Positions 9,519 through 18,772 of a stretch of 64,000 bases of DNA are shown here, in pieces. Source of the stretch: a bacterium (GTDB lineage: Bacteria > Lindowbacteria > 2-12-FULL-62-27); the NCBI GenBank assembly GCA_016202645.1, contig JACQOF010000127.1:3781-67780 (forward strand). Direction: 5' to 3'. Position 1 is the stretch's first letter. The number at the start of each line of letters is the position of its first letter. The translations under genes and the position numbers were made by a program. The notes under the pieces were generated by a model. That model saw nothing but the letters and a program-made list of their open reading frames with translations. It made no database searches and was not told where the DNA came from.

Positions 9519-9944
9519 ATGTCCTCCGGGAACGGATCCAAATCCATCAAGCATCCATCTTCAGCTCTCGTCATCGTTTCGCACCAGAGCCTCGTGCGGC
9601 GGGGCAGTCTTCAATTGCGCCGAATCGGCAGCCGGCTGCGCGCCGAGAGAAATTTTATCGCGATCTATGACGTGAACATCGCCGGAAAAGGAGGCTTGGA
9701 AAATCTCGCCCGAAAAATCGATAAGTCAGGCATCCGGTCTGTACTGGTACTACCCTTCTTTCTGCACGATGGATATCATGTCCGTGTCGAACTCCCATCA
9801 CGCCTTCGAACCTTGCGGCGCACACATCCCCGGCTCAAACTGCGGCTCCTGCCTCACCTGGGATCCCACCCGGACCTCGGGGATCTCGTTCGGGATATCA
9901 TCATGTCTCCGGGACGACCGACTGCAACATCAAGAGCGGAATGA
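9519..9944 (+). CDS. Small CbiX/SirB-type tetrapyrrole chelatase-like protein
   Basis: IVSHQS, VLPFFLHDGYHVRVELP, HLGSHPDL; follows a B12 riboswitch. Confidence 0.75.
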   Translation: MSSGNGSKSIKHPSSALVIVSHQSLVRRGSLQLRRIGSRLRAERNFIAIYDVNIAGKGGLENLARKIDKSGIRSVLVLPFFLHDGYHVRVELPSRLRTLRRTHPRLKLRLLPHLGSHPDLGDLVRDIIMSPGRPTATSRAE

Positions 9945-10065
9945 GGTTTGTTTTTCCGGGGGTTTTCTAGTATCTAGGATACAGAATGCGCCTGCCCCGC
10001 GCATCTATTTGCATGGAGGCAAGATGCCGTACGATGCCATGGATGGCATGCGTCGTACGGTACAT

Positions 10066-10139
10066 GCGCCCGTAGCTCAGCTGGATAGAGCGACGGCCTC
10101 CGAAGCCGTAGGCCAGAGGTTCGACTCCTCTCGGGCGCA
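10066..10139 (+). tRNA. tRNA-Arg (anticodon CCG); CCA not encoded
   Basis: GCGCCCG/CGGGCGC acceptor stem, TAGCTCAGCTGGATAGAGC D arm, ACGGC-CTCCGAA-GCCGT anticodon arm, GGTTCGACTCC T arm. Confidence 0.96.
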
Positions 10140-10192
10140 CAGGGGCAGGCGGGGATTGACAGAAATTCGGGGGGTTACTTACTGTGTTCGCG

Positions 10193-11179
10193 ATGTATGC
10201 CAACAAAAGAATTCTTGTCACGGGCGCTACAGGTCTGATCGGGAGGGCGCTTGTCAAACTGCTGATTCAGGCCGGCGCCAGGGTGCGGGCGGCGTCCTTG
10301 CGGGATCCGATAGATCCTCACCCCGAAGCGGAATATGTTCAGGGCGATTTGATGAGCCGGGACGTTTGCGCCGGGATGACCCGCGGGATGGACTATGTTT
10401 TCCACCTGGCCAGCATCAAGGGTTCTGTAGGTGTTGGGCGGAAATACGCCGCGGATTTTTTTGTCAAGCCCATTTTGATGAACACCCACATGATGGAAGA
10501 ATCCCGGAAAGCCGGAGTTGAAGCCTATTTGTTTGCCAGCAGCATCTGTGTTTACGCGCCCGCCCGGGTTTTTGTCGAGGAGAAAGCCTGGGACGCGCCG
10601 CCTCAGCAGGCCGACGCTTTCGCCGGCTGGGCCAAGCGTATGGGCGAGATGCAGGCCGCCGCCTACCGGGAGCAGTATGGCTGGAACAAAATTGCCATTG
10701 TCAGGCCCGTCAACATCTACGGTCCCTATGACAACTTTGACCCCCAGACCGCTCAAGTGATCCCAGCGCTGATCGCCCGAGTCGTTCACGGCGAAAATCC
10801 GCTGTGTGTCTGGGGGGATGGAACCGCCGTCCGTGATTTTCTGTATTGCAGGGATGCCGCGAGAGGCATGATGCTGGCCCTCGAAAAATACGCGAATGGG
10901 TCCCCGGTGAATCTTGGCTCGGGGGTCGGGTTTTCCGTACGCGAAATCGCCGAGGCCATTCTGGCCGCGACCGGGCGGAACCCGGAGATTCGCTGGGACA
11001 CCAGTAAAGCGACGGGAGAAAAATACCGCGTGGCCGACGCGAAGACAGCCCGCGAGCACCTTGGCTTTCAGCCTGAGGTTTCCCTGAGGGACGGCATTGC
11101 CGAGACCGTCAAGTGGTACATGGACCATCGCGATGGCCGGAGCTTCAGGAAACCCAACTACAGCCCATCCCCTTCTTAG
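10193..11179 (+). CDS. NAD-dependent nucleotide-sugar epimerase/dehydratase (GDP-L-fucose synthase/GME-like extended SDR)
   Basis: GATGLIG, SSICVY, FAGWAK, NIYGPYDNF, WGDGTAVRDF; alternative GTG start 10184. Confidence 0.88.
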   Translation: MYANKRILVTGATGLIGRALVKLLIQAGARVRAASLRDPIDPHPEAEYVQGDLMSRDVCAGMTRGMDYVFHLASIKGSVGVGRKYAADFFVKPILMNTHMMEESRKAGVEAYLFASSICVYAPARVFVEEKAWDAPPQQADAFAGWAKRMGEMQAAAYREQYGWNKIAIVRPVNIYGPYDNFDPQTAQVIPALIARVVHGENPLCVWGDGTAVRDFLYCRDAARGMMLALEKYANGSPVNLGSGVGFSVREIAEAILAATGRNPEIRWDTSKATGEKYRVADAKTAREHLGFQPEVSLRDGIAETVKWYMDHRDGRSFRKPNYSPSPS

Positions 11180-11199
11180 AACGTGCCCCGCGCCGCAAA

Positions 11200-12177
11200 A
11201 TGAAAAATCGTCTGCTCGGCAAGACCGGCTTGGCCGTTTCCGAAATCGGCTTTGGTACCTGGGGCATCGGCGGCGCCGCGGACGGCGACGTTGCGTACGG
11301 TCCGACCGACGATGAGGAATCGAAACGAGCCCTGGAGCGGGCCTACGATCTTGGGGTTACGTTCTACGACACGTCCGATCTCTATGGATTCGGCCACAGT
11401 GAGCGTATCCTGGGGAGCGTATTCAAGAAGGTCAGGGACAAAGTTGTCATTGCATCGAAATCCGGCTTCATCAGGCAAGACGGCGATCTAAAGCAGGATT
11501 TCTCGATCCAGCGTATCCGGCAATCTCTCGAGGAAAGTCTTCGGAGGCTGCAGACCGACTACATCGACCTGTACCAGCTGCACAGCCCGCCGGTTGATGT
11601 GATCGAACAGGACCCGGCGATCCTCGAAACGCTTCGGTCACTTCAGCGGGCCGGCAAAATTCGGGCTTTCGGAATTTCAGCGCGTTCCCCGGACGAAGCC
11701 CGGTTGGCGGTTCAGAACTGGGGGGTTCCCTGTGTCCAGGTCAATTTCAATTTGACAGACCAGCGCGTCGTGGAAAATGGCCTCATGGATCTTTGCCGGA
11801 AGGAGGACACGGGGCTCATCATTCGTACGCCGCTGTGTTTCGGGTTTCTTGTCGGCACCTACTCCGCAAACACCCCATTTGACCCCAGGGACCACCGCAG
11901 CAAATGGCCGGCACAGCAACTCGAGGCATGGGCCGGCGCCCCGAATGTTTTCTCACCGCTGCTGAACTATCCACACCAGACCCCGGCCCAGTTGGCGCTC
12001 CGCTTCTGCCTTTCCTACTCCTCCGTGTCCACAGTCATCCCCGGCATGTTGACGGCGGACCAAGTCACCGAAAACAGTTCCGCCAGCGCGCTGGGGCCCT
12101 TCACGGACGCGGAACGATCAACGCTTGAGGAGGCCTACAAGCGCCATACCTTTTTTGTGAAGAAATCCGGTTCCTGA
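11200..12177 (+). CDS. Aldo/keto reductase
   Basis: LGKTGLAVSEIGFGTW, DTSDLYGFGHSE, SLRRLQTDYIDLYQLH. Confidence 0.92.
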   Translation: MKNRLLGKTGLAVSEIGFGTWGIGGAADGDVAYGPTDDEESKRALERAYDLGVTFYDTSDLYGFGHSERILGSVFKKVRDKVVIASKSGFIRQDGDLKQDFSIQRIRQSLEESLRRLQTDYIDLYQLHSPPVDVIEQDPAILETLRSLQRAGKIRAFGISARSPDEARLAVQNWGVPCVQVNFNLTDQRVVENGLMDLCRKEDTGLIIRTPLCFGFLVGTYSANTPFDPRDHRSKWPAQQLEAWAGAPNVFSPLLNYPHQTPAQLALRFCLSYSSVSTVIPGMLTADQVTENSSASALGPFTDAERSTLEEAYKRHTFFVKKSGS

Positions 12178-12237
12178 TCAAGTGGGTTGTCGGCGCCTTG
12201 ACATTTACGCGGGTCTGATATTCTCTATGGGTCGAAG

Positions 12238-12963
12238 ATGAAAGTTACCCTTGTGATTCCCACGCGCGACGAGATCGTCGGAATGCGCCAGATTATTCCC
12301 CGCATACGGCCTGAATGGTATGACCAGGTGATCGTTTTGGACGGAGGGTCCACGGATGGCACCGTGGAGTTCGCCCGTGAACGGGGATTCGACGTCCATA
12401 TCCAGCGCGACCACGGCCTGCGGCTCGGGTACGCCGAGATCTATGACAAGATCCAGGGCGACGTGGTGATCACCTTCAGCCCGGACGGCAACTCCGTGCC
12501 CGAGGTCCTGCCGGATGTCATCGCGAAGCTTCGAGAAGGCTATGACTTGGTGATCGCGTCGCGCTATCTCCCGCCGGCCCGAAGTTACGACGACACCGCC
12601 CTGACAAGGATTGGAAATTATGTTTTCACCAAGATGATCGGCTGGCTCTTCGGGTATCCCTACACCGACTCCCTTGTGATATTTCGCGGGTATCGTAAAA
12701 CCGTGGTGCGCGATCTGGGCATTCTCGACCGCCGCTCACCTTTTTACGAATACTGGATCGGTCTCTACATCAGCTGGGAACCTCAGTTGTCGATCCGCGC
12801 CGCCAAGCGGGGCCTTCGGATCGCCGAGGTCCCCGGTGACGAACCGGTGCGCGTGGCGGACGACAGCAAAAAATCCATCTTCCTGCCGCAGACCCGGATT
12901 AGCCACTTCAAATCCGGCCTGGCCTGCCTCTACCTTGTCATCGAGGAGCGCCTTCGGCCATGA
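12238..12963 (+). CDS. Glycosyltransferase family 2 (DPM1-like)
   Basis: LVIPT, DGGSTDGT, FSPDG, DLVIASRY. Confidence 0.88.
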   Translation: MKVTLVIPTRDEIVGMRQIIPRIRPEWYDQVIVLDGGSTDGTVEFARERGFDVHIQRDHGLRLGYAEIYDKIQGDVVITFSPDGNSVPEVLPDVIAKLREGYDLVIASRYLPPARSYDDTALTRIGNYVFTKMIGWLFGYPYTDSLVIFRGYRKTVVRDLGILDRRSPFYEYWIGLYISWEPQLSIRAAKRGLRIAEVPGDEPVRVADDSKKSIFLPQTRISHFKSGLACLYLVIEERLRP

Positions 12964-14077
12964 CGGCGCGCCGGTAGAGTTTCCGGCGCAGCCGGCGTCT
13001 ATTTCTTCTGTCCGAGAAGGACCCATCCCCACGAACATTCTCGCTATCAAATTCCGCCATATCGGGGATAATCTTCTCGCGGCGGCGGCCCTTCGGATCC
13101 TGAAACGACGGTATTCGGAAGCAAGTATCGATTATCTCGTGCCTGAAAGCGGCGGCGGATCGGATCTGCTCAGGCTCATTCCAGCGGTCGATGAGGTGAT
13201 CGATTTTCCGTCCGACTACCGCCGGCGATGCCGGCTGGCCCGGAGGGTCCTGGCCAAGCGGTACGATCTAACCGTCGATTTTTCCTGGGACACCCGGAGC
13301 GCGGGCTGGGGCCTTCTAACCGGCGCGGCAATCCGACTTGGATACTATTTCCGAAAACGCGTACCAGCCTGGCCCTTTTACACCCGGGCCTGTCCGATGG
13401 GCAAGGCCCATACAGCCCAGGCGAACATAGACCTCGTCGGGCTGGCGGGCGCGAGGCCTCATGACGCGGAGGACTTGAGACTCAGGCTCGATATTCCGGA
13501 CACGGCGATGCGCCGTGCGGAAGAGGTTCTTCGGGACTGCGGGATTGGCGCGGGCGAGGATATTTTTGTTCTTCACCCGGCATCCCGGTGGGCCTTCAAG
13601 ATGTGGACGGACGCGGGTAACGCGGAATTTTTGGACATGTCGAGGCGTCTGGGCCTCCGTCCCGTTGTCACGTGCGGGCCGTCCGATCCGGAACGCAAAA
13701 AACTTTCGAGAATCCTTGAGCTGTGCCGGCACAAACCGGTCATGATTCCCGGCAGACTGGATCTTCCAGCCTTCGCGGCTCTTCTCCAGCGCGCGAAACT
13801 TTTCGTCGGCGTCGACAGCGCTCCGGTCCACATCGCGGCCGCCGTCGGCACGCCGGTCGTCGCCTTGTTCGGGCCTTCGGGCCAGAAGGAATGGTATCCT
13901 TGGCAAGTTCCTCACCGGACGATCCAGCGCCTGTCGTGGTCGTGCTGTCCCTGCGGGCAGGACGGCTGCGCGGGCACGAAGCGTTCGCTATGTCTGGAGG
14001 ACATCCGGCCGGAGGAGGTGTTCCGGGCCGCGGAGGAACTCATCAAGGAGACAAAAAATCCCATGGAGGTGATGTGA
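12935..14077 (+). CDS. Glycosyltransferase family 9 (LPS heptosyltransferase, WaaQ-like); start uncertain
   Basis: [45 protein letters not shown]; nearest in-frame start is TTG 12935. Confidence 0.88.
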   Translation: MSSRSAFGHDGAPVEFPAQPASISSVREGPIPTNILAIKFRHIGDNLLAAAALRILKRRYSEASIDYLVPESGGGSDLLRLIPAVDEVIDFPSDYRRRCRLARRVLAKRYDLTVDFSWDTRSAGWGLLTGAAIRLGYYFRKRVPAWPFYTRACPMGKAHTAQANIDLVGLAGARPHDAEDLRLRLDIPDTAMRRAEEVLRDCGIGAGEDIFVLHPASRWAFKMWTDAGNAEFLDMSRRLGLRPVVTCGPSDPERKKLSRILELCRHKPVMIPGRLDLPAFAALLQRAKLFVGVDSAPVHIAAAVGTPVVALFGPSGQKEWYPWQVPHRTIQRLSWSCCPCGQDGCAGTKRSLCLEDIRPEEVFRAAEELIKETKNPMEVM

Positions 14078-14478
14078 TGTTCACGGTAACCAAGGAAATC
14101 CACTTCTGCTACGGGCACCGCCTGATGAATTATGACGGGGCCTGCCGGCATCCGCACGGTCACAATGGGCGGGCGGCGTTTGAGATGAAGGCCGCGCGGC
14201 TGGACGATCTGGGGATGGTCAAGGATTTTACGGAGATCAAGACGGTCCTCAAGGACTGGATCGACCTCGAGATCGACCACAAGATGCTTCTGAGAAAGGA
14301 TGACCCGGCGCTTGACGCGTTCCGGAAACTCGGCGAGCCCGTGTTCGTGATGGACGAGAATCCGACGACCGAAGCGATCGCAAAACTTTTTTTTGAAAAA
14401 GCCAAGAGCGTGGGATTCCCGGTCAGCCAGGTGCGGGTATGGGAGACTGAGACAAGCGTCGCGTCGTATTCGGGCTAG
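14077..14478 (+). CDS. queD: 6-carboxytetrahydropterin synthase
   Basis: FCYGHRL, CRHPHGHN, DHKML, NPTTE, VWETE; ATG overlaps the upstream TGA. Confidence 0.92.
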   Translation: MFTVTKEIHFCYGHRLMNYDGACRHPHGHNGRAAFEMKAARLDDLGMVKDFTEIKTVLKDWIDLEIDHKMLLRKDDPALDAFRKLGEPVFVMDENPTTEAIAKLFFEKAKSVGFPVSQVRVWETETSVASYSG

Positions 14479-15536
14479 TCCCGCGCGAAGAGCTTCCGCC
14501 TCAGGCGCTCGGCCGTGAAGAGGAACTGCTGGGCGTAGCCGGCCCAGCGGCCGAAGCGGCGCCGGTAGAAGCGGCCGATCCGTTCGTATTCCCGGAGGCT
14601 CAGAAAATCGGCGTCCTTCGCGCGAAGACCCCGAAGGTTCCGGCGATACAGCCGGAGTGTCGCGTTGAACACATGCACGTCCACGGGGACGGCTTCGGTC
14701 AGCCCCAGCCCGAAGAGGCACACGCAGTCGGCCACTTTCGGGCCGGCGCCCATGCAGGTTTCACGAAGACGCCGGTGGGTTTCCTCATAGGTGTGCGATG
14801 CCCTCCCCCTTCGCAGATTGAAGAAAATCCCGTCCTGGGATTTCCTGAGTCTGGAGCTTCGGGGACTGGACATCCCTGTCCGCCAGAAACCCGGGTCCCG
14901 GGCGACTTCGCGGAATGTCCGGATGATGTTTTTCGCCTGCGGGCGGCCGTACCGCAGACCGCATTTCGCGAGGCGTACGGACCGGGCGCGCGCGAGAATT
15001 TCCGGACCCGGGGGCAGATAGAATGTTCCCCAGGGCGATTCGACGCGGCGGCCATAAGCTCGGCCGACCTCGTTCAAGATCCGCGCGATTTTGAGGATCC
15101 TGTTTTGCGGCGAACACAAGAACGTCAGCAGACACTCCATCGGCTCGACCCGAATCAGCCGGAGACCCGGCAGTGCGCGGTACGCCGCCGCCACATGCGG
15201 GTCTTTCTCCAGCACGGGCGCAATGTCCGAGAATTTTTCCTCCATGCGGAAATACCATCTCACGAATTCATCGGGTGTCTTGCACGGACCGATCTGCCTC
15301 GCTCCGCATTCCAGTTCGATCTCGCGGGCGGCCGGCTGTCTGAGCCGGACCACGGTTCCATACGTCGGCGCCGTGAACCATCCGTCGGCGTCCGGTTCGC
15401 CGTAGGACAGAAGCCGGCCCCGGCGGTCGTACCGGCCCCATCCGAAGGCGGCGCCGCTGGCGAGGGTTGAACGCAGATCAAAGGGTTCGTCCAGATGAAG
15501 GACGGACCGGAACGCGGACTTCGCGTGGATAGTCAG
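14475..15536 (-). CDS. 8-oxoguanine DNA glycosylase (OGG1-like, HhH-GPD); possible CTG start
   Basis: FDLRSTLASG, PGLRLIR, FLCSPQN, GAGPKVADCVCLFGL...VPVDVH, GRWAGYAQQFLF. Confidence 0.85.
   Translation of the reverse strand: MTIHAKSAFRSVLHLDEPFDLRSTLASGAAFGWGRYDRRGRLLSYGEPDADGWFTAPTYGTVVRLRQPAAREIELECGARQIGPCKTPDEFVRWYFRMEEKFSDIAPVLEKDPHVAAAYRALPGLRLIRVEPMECLLTFLCSPQNRILKIARILNEVGRAYGRRVESPWGTFYLPPGPEILARARSVRLAKCGLRYGRPQAKNIIRTFREVARDPGFWRTGMSSPRSSRLRKSQDGIFFNLRRGRASHTYEETHRRLRETCMGAGPKVADCVCLFGLGLTEAVPVDVHVFNATLRLYRRNLRGLRAKDADFLSLREYERIGRFYRRRFGRWAGYAQQFLFTAERLRRKLFARD
14830..14884. repeat. Dispersed ~55-bp repeat, copy B (in-frame inside the glycosylase gene)
   Basis: 49/55 identical to 5811-5865. 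Confidence 0.85.
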
Positions 15537-16111
15537 ACGCGCAGGAGGATCTGGAAGACGGACCAGAAAAAGGAAACGCCGAGACTGGCCCAGACGAATC
15601 CGTCCATCAGGACGAGAACGAGAATCGACCAGGCGGCCGAAAGACCCGCGGTGGACCGAAGGCCCTTGTAGAGGAGCGCGTACATCCAGATCATCAGGAC
15701 CAGAAGGCCGGGCACCCAGACGCCCCAGAAGGCGTTGCAGTAGCGCGCGACCAGGGCGATCGGCGCGGTCAGAATGGCGGGCAGAAATCCCAGAAGACCC
15801 AGCCGGAAAATCATCCGGCCTTCGATTCGACCGGGGCCGGCCCAGGCAATGACGAGCGTGGCGAAGGCGGCGAAACCAACCATGTACAAGACATACTTCA
15901 TGAACAGCAGAGCCGTGCTTCCGAAGAGCCAGAAGGCCGGCATGTCGCTCGCCGTTTCGGCCATGACCATCTCTCCGACCGCCTGGCTGAAAACGGCTCC
16001 CAATGTCCAGACGAGAAGCGCTCCCGTCGGCGTGTCCCGCACATGCTCCTCGGATACCCACCGGTCAGGCTCAAAGAAAAGAGAAAAATAGTCCAGCCGC
16101 GCGGGCGTCAC
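15533..16111 (-). CDS. Yip1-like multi-pass membrane protein
   Basis: About 5 hydrophobic helices; coupled to sppA (ATGA overlap). Confidence 0.6.
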   Translation of the reverse strand: MTPARLDYFSLFFEPDRWVSEEHVRDTPTGALLVWTLGAVFSQAVGEMVMAETASDMPAFWLFGSTALLFMKYVLYMVGFAAFATLVIAWAGPGRIEGRMIFRLGLLGFLPAILTAPIALVARYCNAFWGVWVPGLLVLMIWMYALLYKGLRSTAGLSAAWSILVLVLMDGFVWASLGVSFFWSVFQILLRV

Positions 16112-17154
16112 GGAAGTTCCCGCGAAGCCAGAGCGGCCAGGAGGCGCGCGAATTGCGCGGACGACAGAGCGCCGCCGGACGGATCGTAGAGATAGGACAC
16201 GGGAAGCGGCCCGGCCATGGGACCCTCCAACATTCCGCCCTGCCGGTGAAATGTTCCGGCCACCAGCATCGAGAAGAGATCAACCGGGGTGGGCCTTTCC
16301 TGAATAACGTGCGGCGGATCTTTCAACCCCGCCATCTGTCCGGCCAGGGCGATCGCGTCCTGCAGTGTGCCGACGCGGTCCACCAGCCCGGCCGCCAGCG
16401 CTTCCTCGCCGCTCAGGATTGACCCGTCCGCCAGGCTTTCCACTTGACGGACGCTCAGGCCCCTTCCCGCCGACACGGCCCCGACGAACTGCCGGTAAAT
16501 CCGGTCGACGGTTTTCTGAAGCATCTCGCGTTCCCTCGGCGTCATTTCCCGCCAATACGCGAGAATGTCCTTGTGCTCTTTGCTTTTGATGATGTTAAAG
16601 CCAATGTCCCAGCGCTTGAGAAGCCGCGAAAGATCGATCGACCCGACGATGACGCCGATACTGCCCGTGACAGTGCCCGGATTGGCGACGATCGAATCAG
16701 CCGCGCAGGAAATGTAGTAGCCGCCGGACGCGGCCAGGTCTCCGAAGGAGGCGACGACCGGGACACCCGAGCGCCGGATTTCCCGCAGGGCTTCGTACAA
16801 TTCCTGCGAAGCGCCGACGGACCCGCCGGGACTGTTGATCCTCACGACCAGGGCTTTGACGCGTTTGTTTTTCACGAATCTCTGGAGACGCCGGACCATC
16901 ATGTCCGCGCCCGCCGCGCGCACGCCGAACGGCCCGCCTTCGCTCTCGATCTGCAGAGGTCCGTAGATTGAAAAAAGTCCAACGCCGTCCTGAAATCCGC
17001 CGGCGAAATCCCACGGCACCATCGGAAGTTCGGCCGGAAAGGGATCGACCGGCGCCGCCGCGTCCTTCTTCTGAAACACCAGAATGACGCCGATCACGAC
17101 GGAAGACGCGACCAGCAGGCTCATCGCCGCTCCGAAAAAACGCCGGCTGTTCAT
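16108..17154 (-). CDS. sppA: Signal peptide peptidase SppA (S49)
   Basis: RINSPGGS, AASGGYY, TGSIGV, GLVDRVG; N-terminal TM; start ATG 17154. Confidence 0.93.
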   Translation of the reverse strand: MNSRRFFGAAMSLLVASSVVIGVILVFQKKDAAAPVDPFPAELPMVPWDFAGGFQDGVGLFSIYGPLQIESEGGPFGVRAAGADMMVRRLQRFVKNKRVKALVVRINSPGGSVGASQELYEALREIRRSGVPVVASFGDLAASGGYYISCAADSIVANPGTVTGSIGVIVGSIDLSRLLKRWDIGFNIIKSKEHKDILAYWREMTPREREMLQKTVDRIYRQFVGAVSAGRGLSVRQVESLADGSILSGEEALAAGLVDRVGTLQDAIALAGQMAGLKDPPHVIQERPTPVDLFSMLVAGTFHRQGGMLEGPMAGPLPVSYLYDPSGGALSSAQFARLLAALASRELP

Positions 17155-17984
17155 GCCGCCGCCGGGCCGACGCGCCGGCCCGCCGTCCGGGCAAGCGTGC
17201 CCAGGACCGCGATGACGAAAGAGGCCACCAGCCCCCAAAACCAGAGATTCCGGTTCATGAGGTATCCCAGAGTTTCAAGAGCGGCCAGCCCCGTGAGGGC
17301 GTAGATCGAAATCCGAAAAAGGGCCGGGTAGGCATACGCGCGCTTGCCCACTTCATTCGCGATCACGGCGCCGACGGAAAGCGCGCCGACTGTGACGAGC
17401 TTGGTAAGCAGATGGAACACAGACAGAATCAAAATCCACAGGACGGCGATAAAATCCGCAAACTGGTGAGCCCAGTATTCCGCCTCTTTCGGCCCGACCG
17501 TCAAGGGCTCAGCCTGCTCCGGAAATTTTGTCGTTTCGCCGCCGACAACGGCATTCTTGGCGATGATCCCATCCCGGGAGAGAATCAGGGCGAAATCATA
17601 ATTTCGGTCGGAAAGTTTTCCCTCGACGTCCACAGCCAGCACGCACTTCATCCCGCTCCAATCCCCCTCCAGAATGACGTGGGGCCCGGGCTGTTCCGTC
17701 GACGCGCGCCCGTTCTCGATCCGGACCACCGGCATCCGCTCCTTGAGCGCCGGCAATATAACCTGGAGCCCCTGCTCGATCTGCCGGAACGTCTGGTACG
17801 AATGCGCGACCCATACGATGGCCACGATCAGAAGGAAATAGGCAAAACATCTCCCGATGGGAATCCCCGGCACCCCGGCATAAAAATCGATTTGAGCGAC
17901 ACTCCGGTAAAGCGACACCCAGTGCCCGGGCGGCGCCGGTTCCAAAGTCGACGGACTGCCTGTTGGCGGCGGTTGCATAATCAT
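17151..17984 (-). CDS. Membrane protein (DUF1189-like)
   Basis: One TM, a periplasmic domain, then C-terminal TMs with LFRISIYALT. Confidence 0.55.
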   Translation of the reverse strand: MIMQPPPTGSPSTLEPAPPGHWVSLYRSVAQIDFYAGVPGIPIGRCFAYFLLIVAIVWVAHSYQTFRQIEQGLQVILPALKERMPVVRIENGRASTEQPGPHVILEGDWSGMKCVLAVDVEGKLSDRNYDFALILSRDGIIAKNAVVGGETTKFPEQAEPLTVGPKEAEYWAHQFADFIAVLWILILSVFHLLTKLVTVGALSVGAVIANEVGKRAYAYPALFRISIYALTGLAALETLGYLMNRNLWFWGLVASFVIAVLGTLARTAGRRVGPAAA

Positions 17985-17993
17985 AGCGTCACT

Positions 17994-18767
17994 TCATCCA
18001 CCGCGGCTTGTCAAGTTGGGAGCGCCGGCGAAATCGACGCCGGTGTGGACAGCCATGTACCGATGAAAAATCGTGCGGATGAACCTCTCGTGGCGGGCGT
18101 CGATTTCCAGGCCGGCTTTGAGGCGCGGCGGCAAAACAAGGGCGGAAAGGGCGCGGGCCTGATCGAGGGAGAGGGTGATCCGATCTCTCAGTCCGGCCGG
18201 GGGGTGCGGATCGTCGGATCGGCAGGCCGGGCACCGGATGCGTCCCGAGGAGAGGTCCAATTCGTGCGGGCCGTCGATTGCCGGCATTTTTCTGCAGACC
18301 GCGCAGGCGCCGACGTCGAGTTTCCAGCCGAGAGCGGAGAAGGCGCGGAGATGGAAGGAGAGTGTCAGGCAGTCGGCGCGGCCGCCCTCGCAGGCGGCGG
18401 CCAGGAGGGCCTCGAAGAGATCGAAGACTTCGTATTCGGGGACGCCGCGGGGGAGGACTTGCATGAGGAACGCGGCGGCGTCGGTGAGGCGCGTGAAGTC
18501 GTCGAGGTTTCGATAGAGGGCGAAGCGGGACACGAGGACTTTCAGGTCCTGGATGAGCGGGAGTTTTCCGGGGCGGCTCTGATAGACGGAAAACTCGGCG
18601 CGGGTGAAAGGCTCCAGCCCGCCGACCAGCCGGCGGCGGCTCCGGAACGCGCCGCGGGCGACGAAGGTCTCGAGGCCGCGGCTGATCGTCAGGACGTCGA
18701 CCATGGCGTCGCTTTCCCCGAAGGGGCGCTTGGCCAGGACGGTCCCCTCCATTTTAAAGGTGGGCAT
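17994..18767 (-). CDS. recO: DNA repair protein RecO
   Basis: GTVL..RPFGESD, ARGA, LEPF, CAVC...CPAC zinc motif. Confidence 0.9.
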   Translation of the reverse strand: MPTFKMEGTVLAKRPFGESDAMVDVLTISRGLETFVARGAFRSRRRLVGGLEPFTRAEFSVYQSRPGKLPLIQDLKVLVSRFALYRNLDDFTRLTDAAAFLMQVLPRGVPEYEVFDLFEALLAAACEGGRADCLTLSFHLRAFSALGWKLDVGACAVCRKMPAIDGPHELDLSSGRIRCPACRSDDPHPPAGLRDRITLSLDQARALSALVLPPRLKAGLEIDARHERFIRTIFHRYMAVHTGVDFAGAPNLTSRGG

Positions 18768-18772
18768 CCGCG

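Noticed and set aside
10026-10061. Hairpin upstream of the tRNA as a separate ncRNA
   Set aside because: A single short stem with no other evidence; probably tRNA leader structure
10066-12963. Genomic island integrated at tRNA-Arg
   Set aside because: No integrase and no duplicated tRNA 3' end seen
12960-12977. Frameshifted start of the GT9 gene (ATGA overlap out of frame)
   Set aside because: An in-frame TTG at 12935 gives an intact gene, so no pseudogene call is needed
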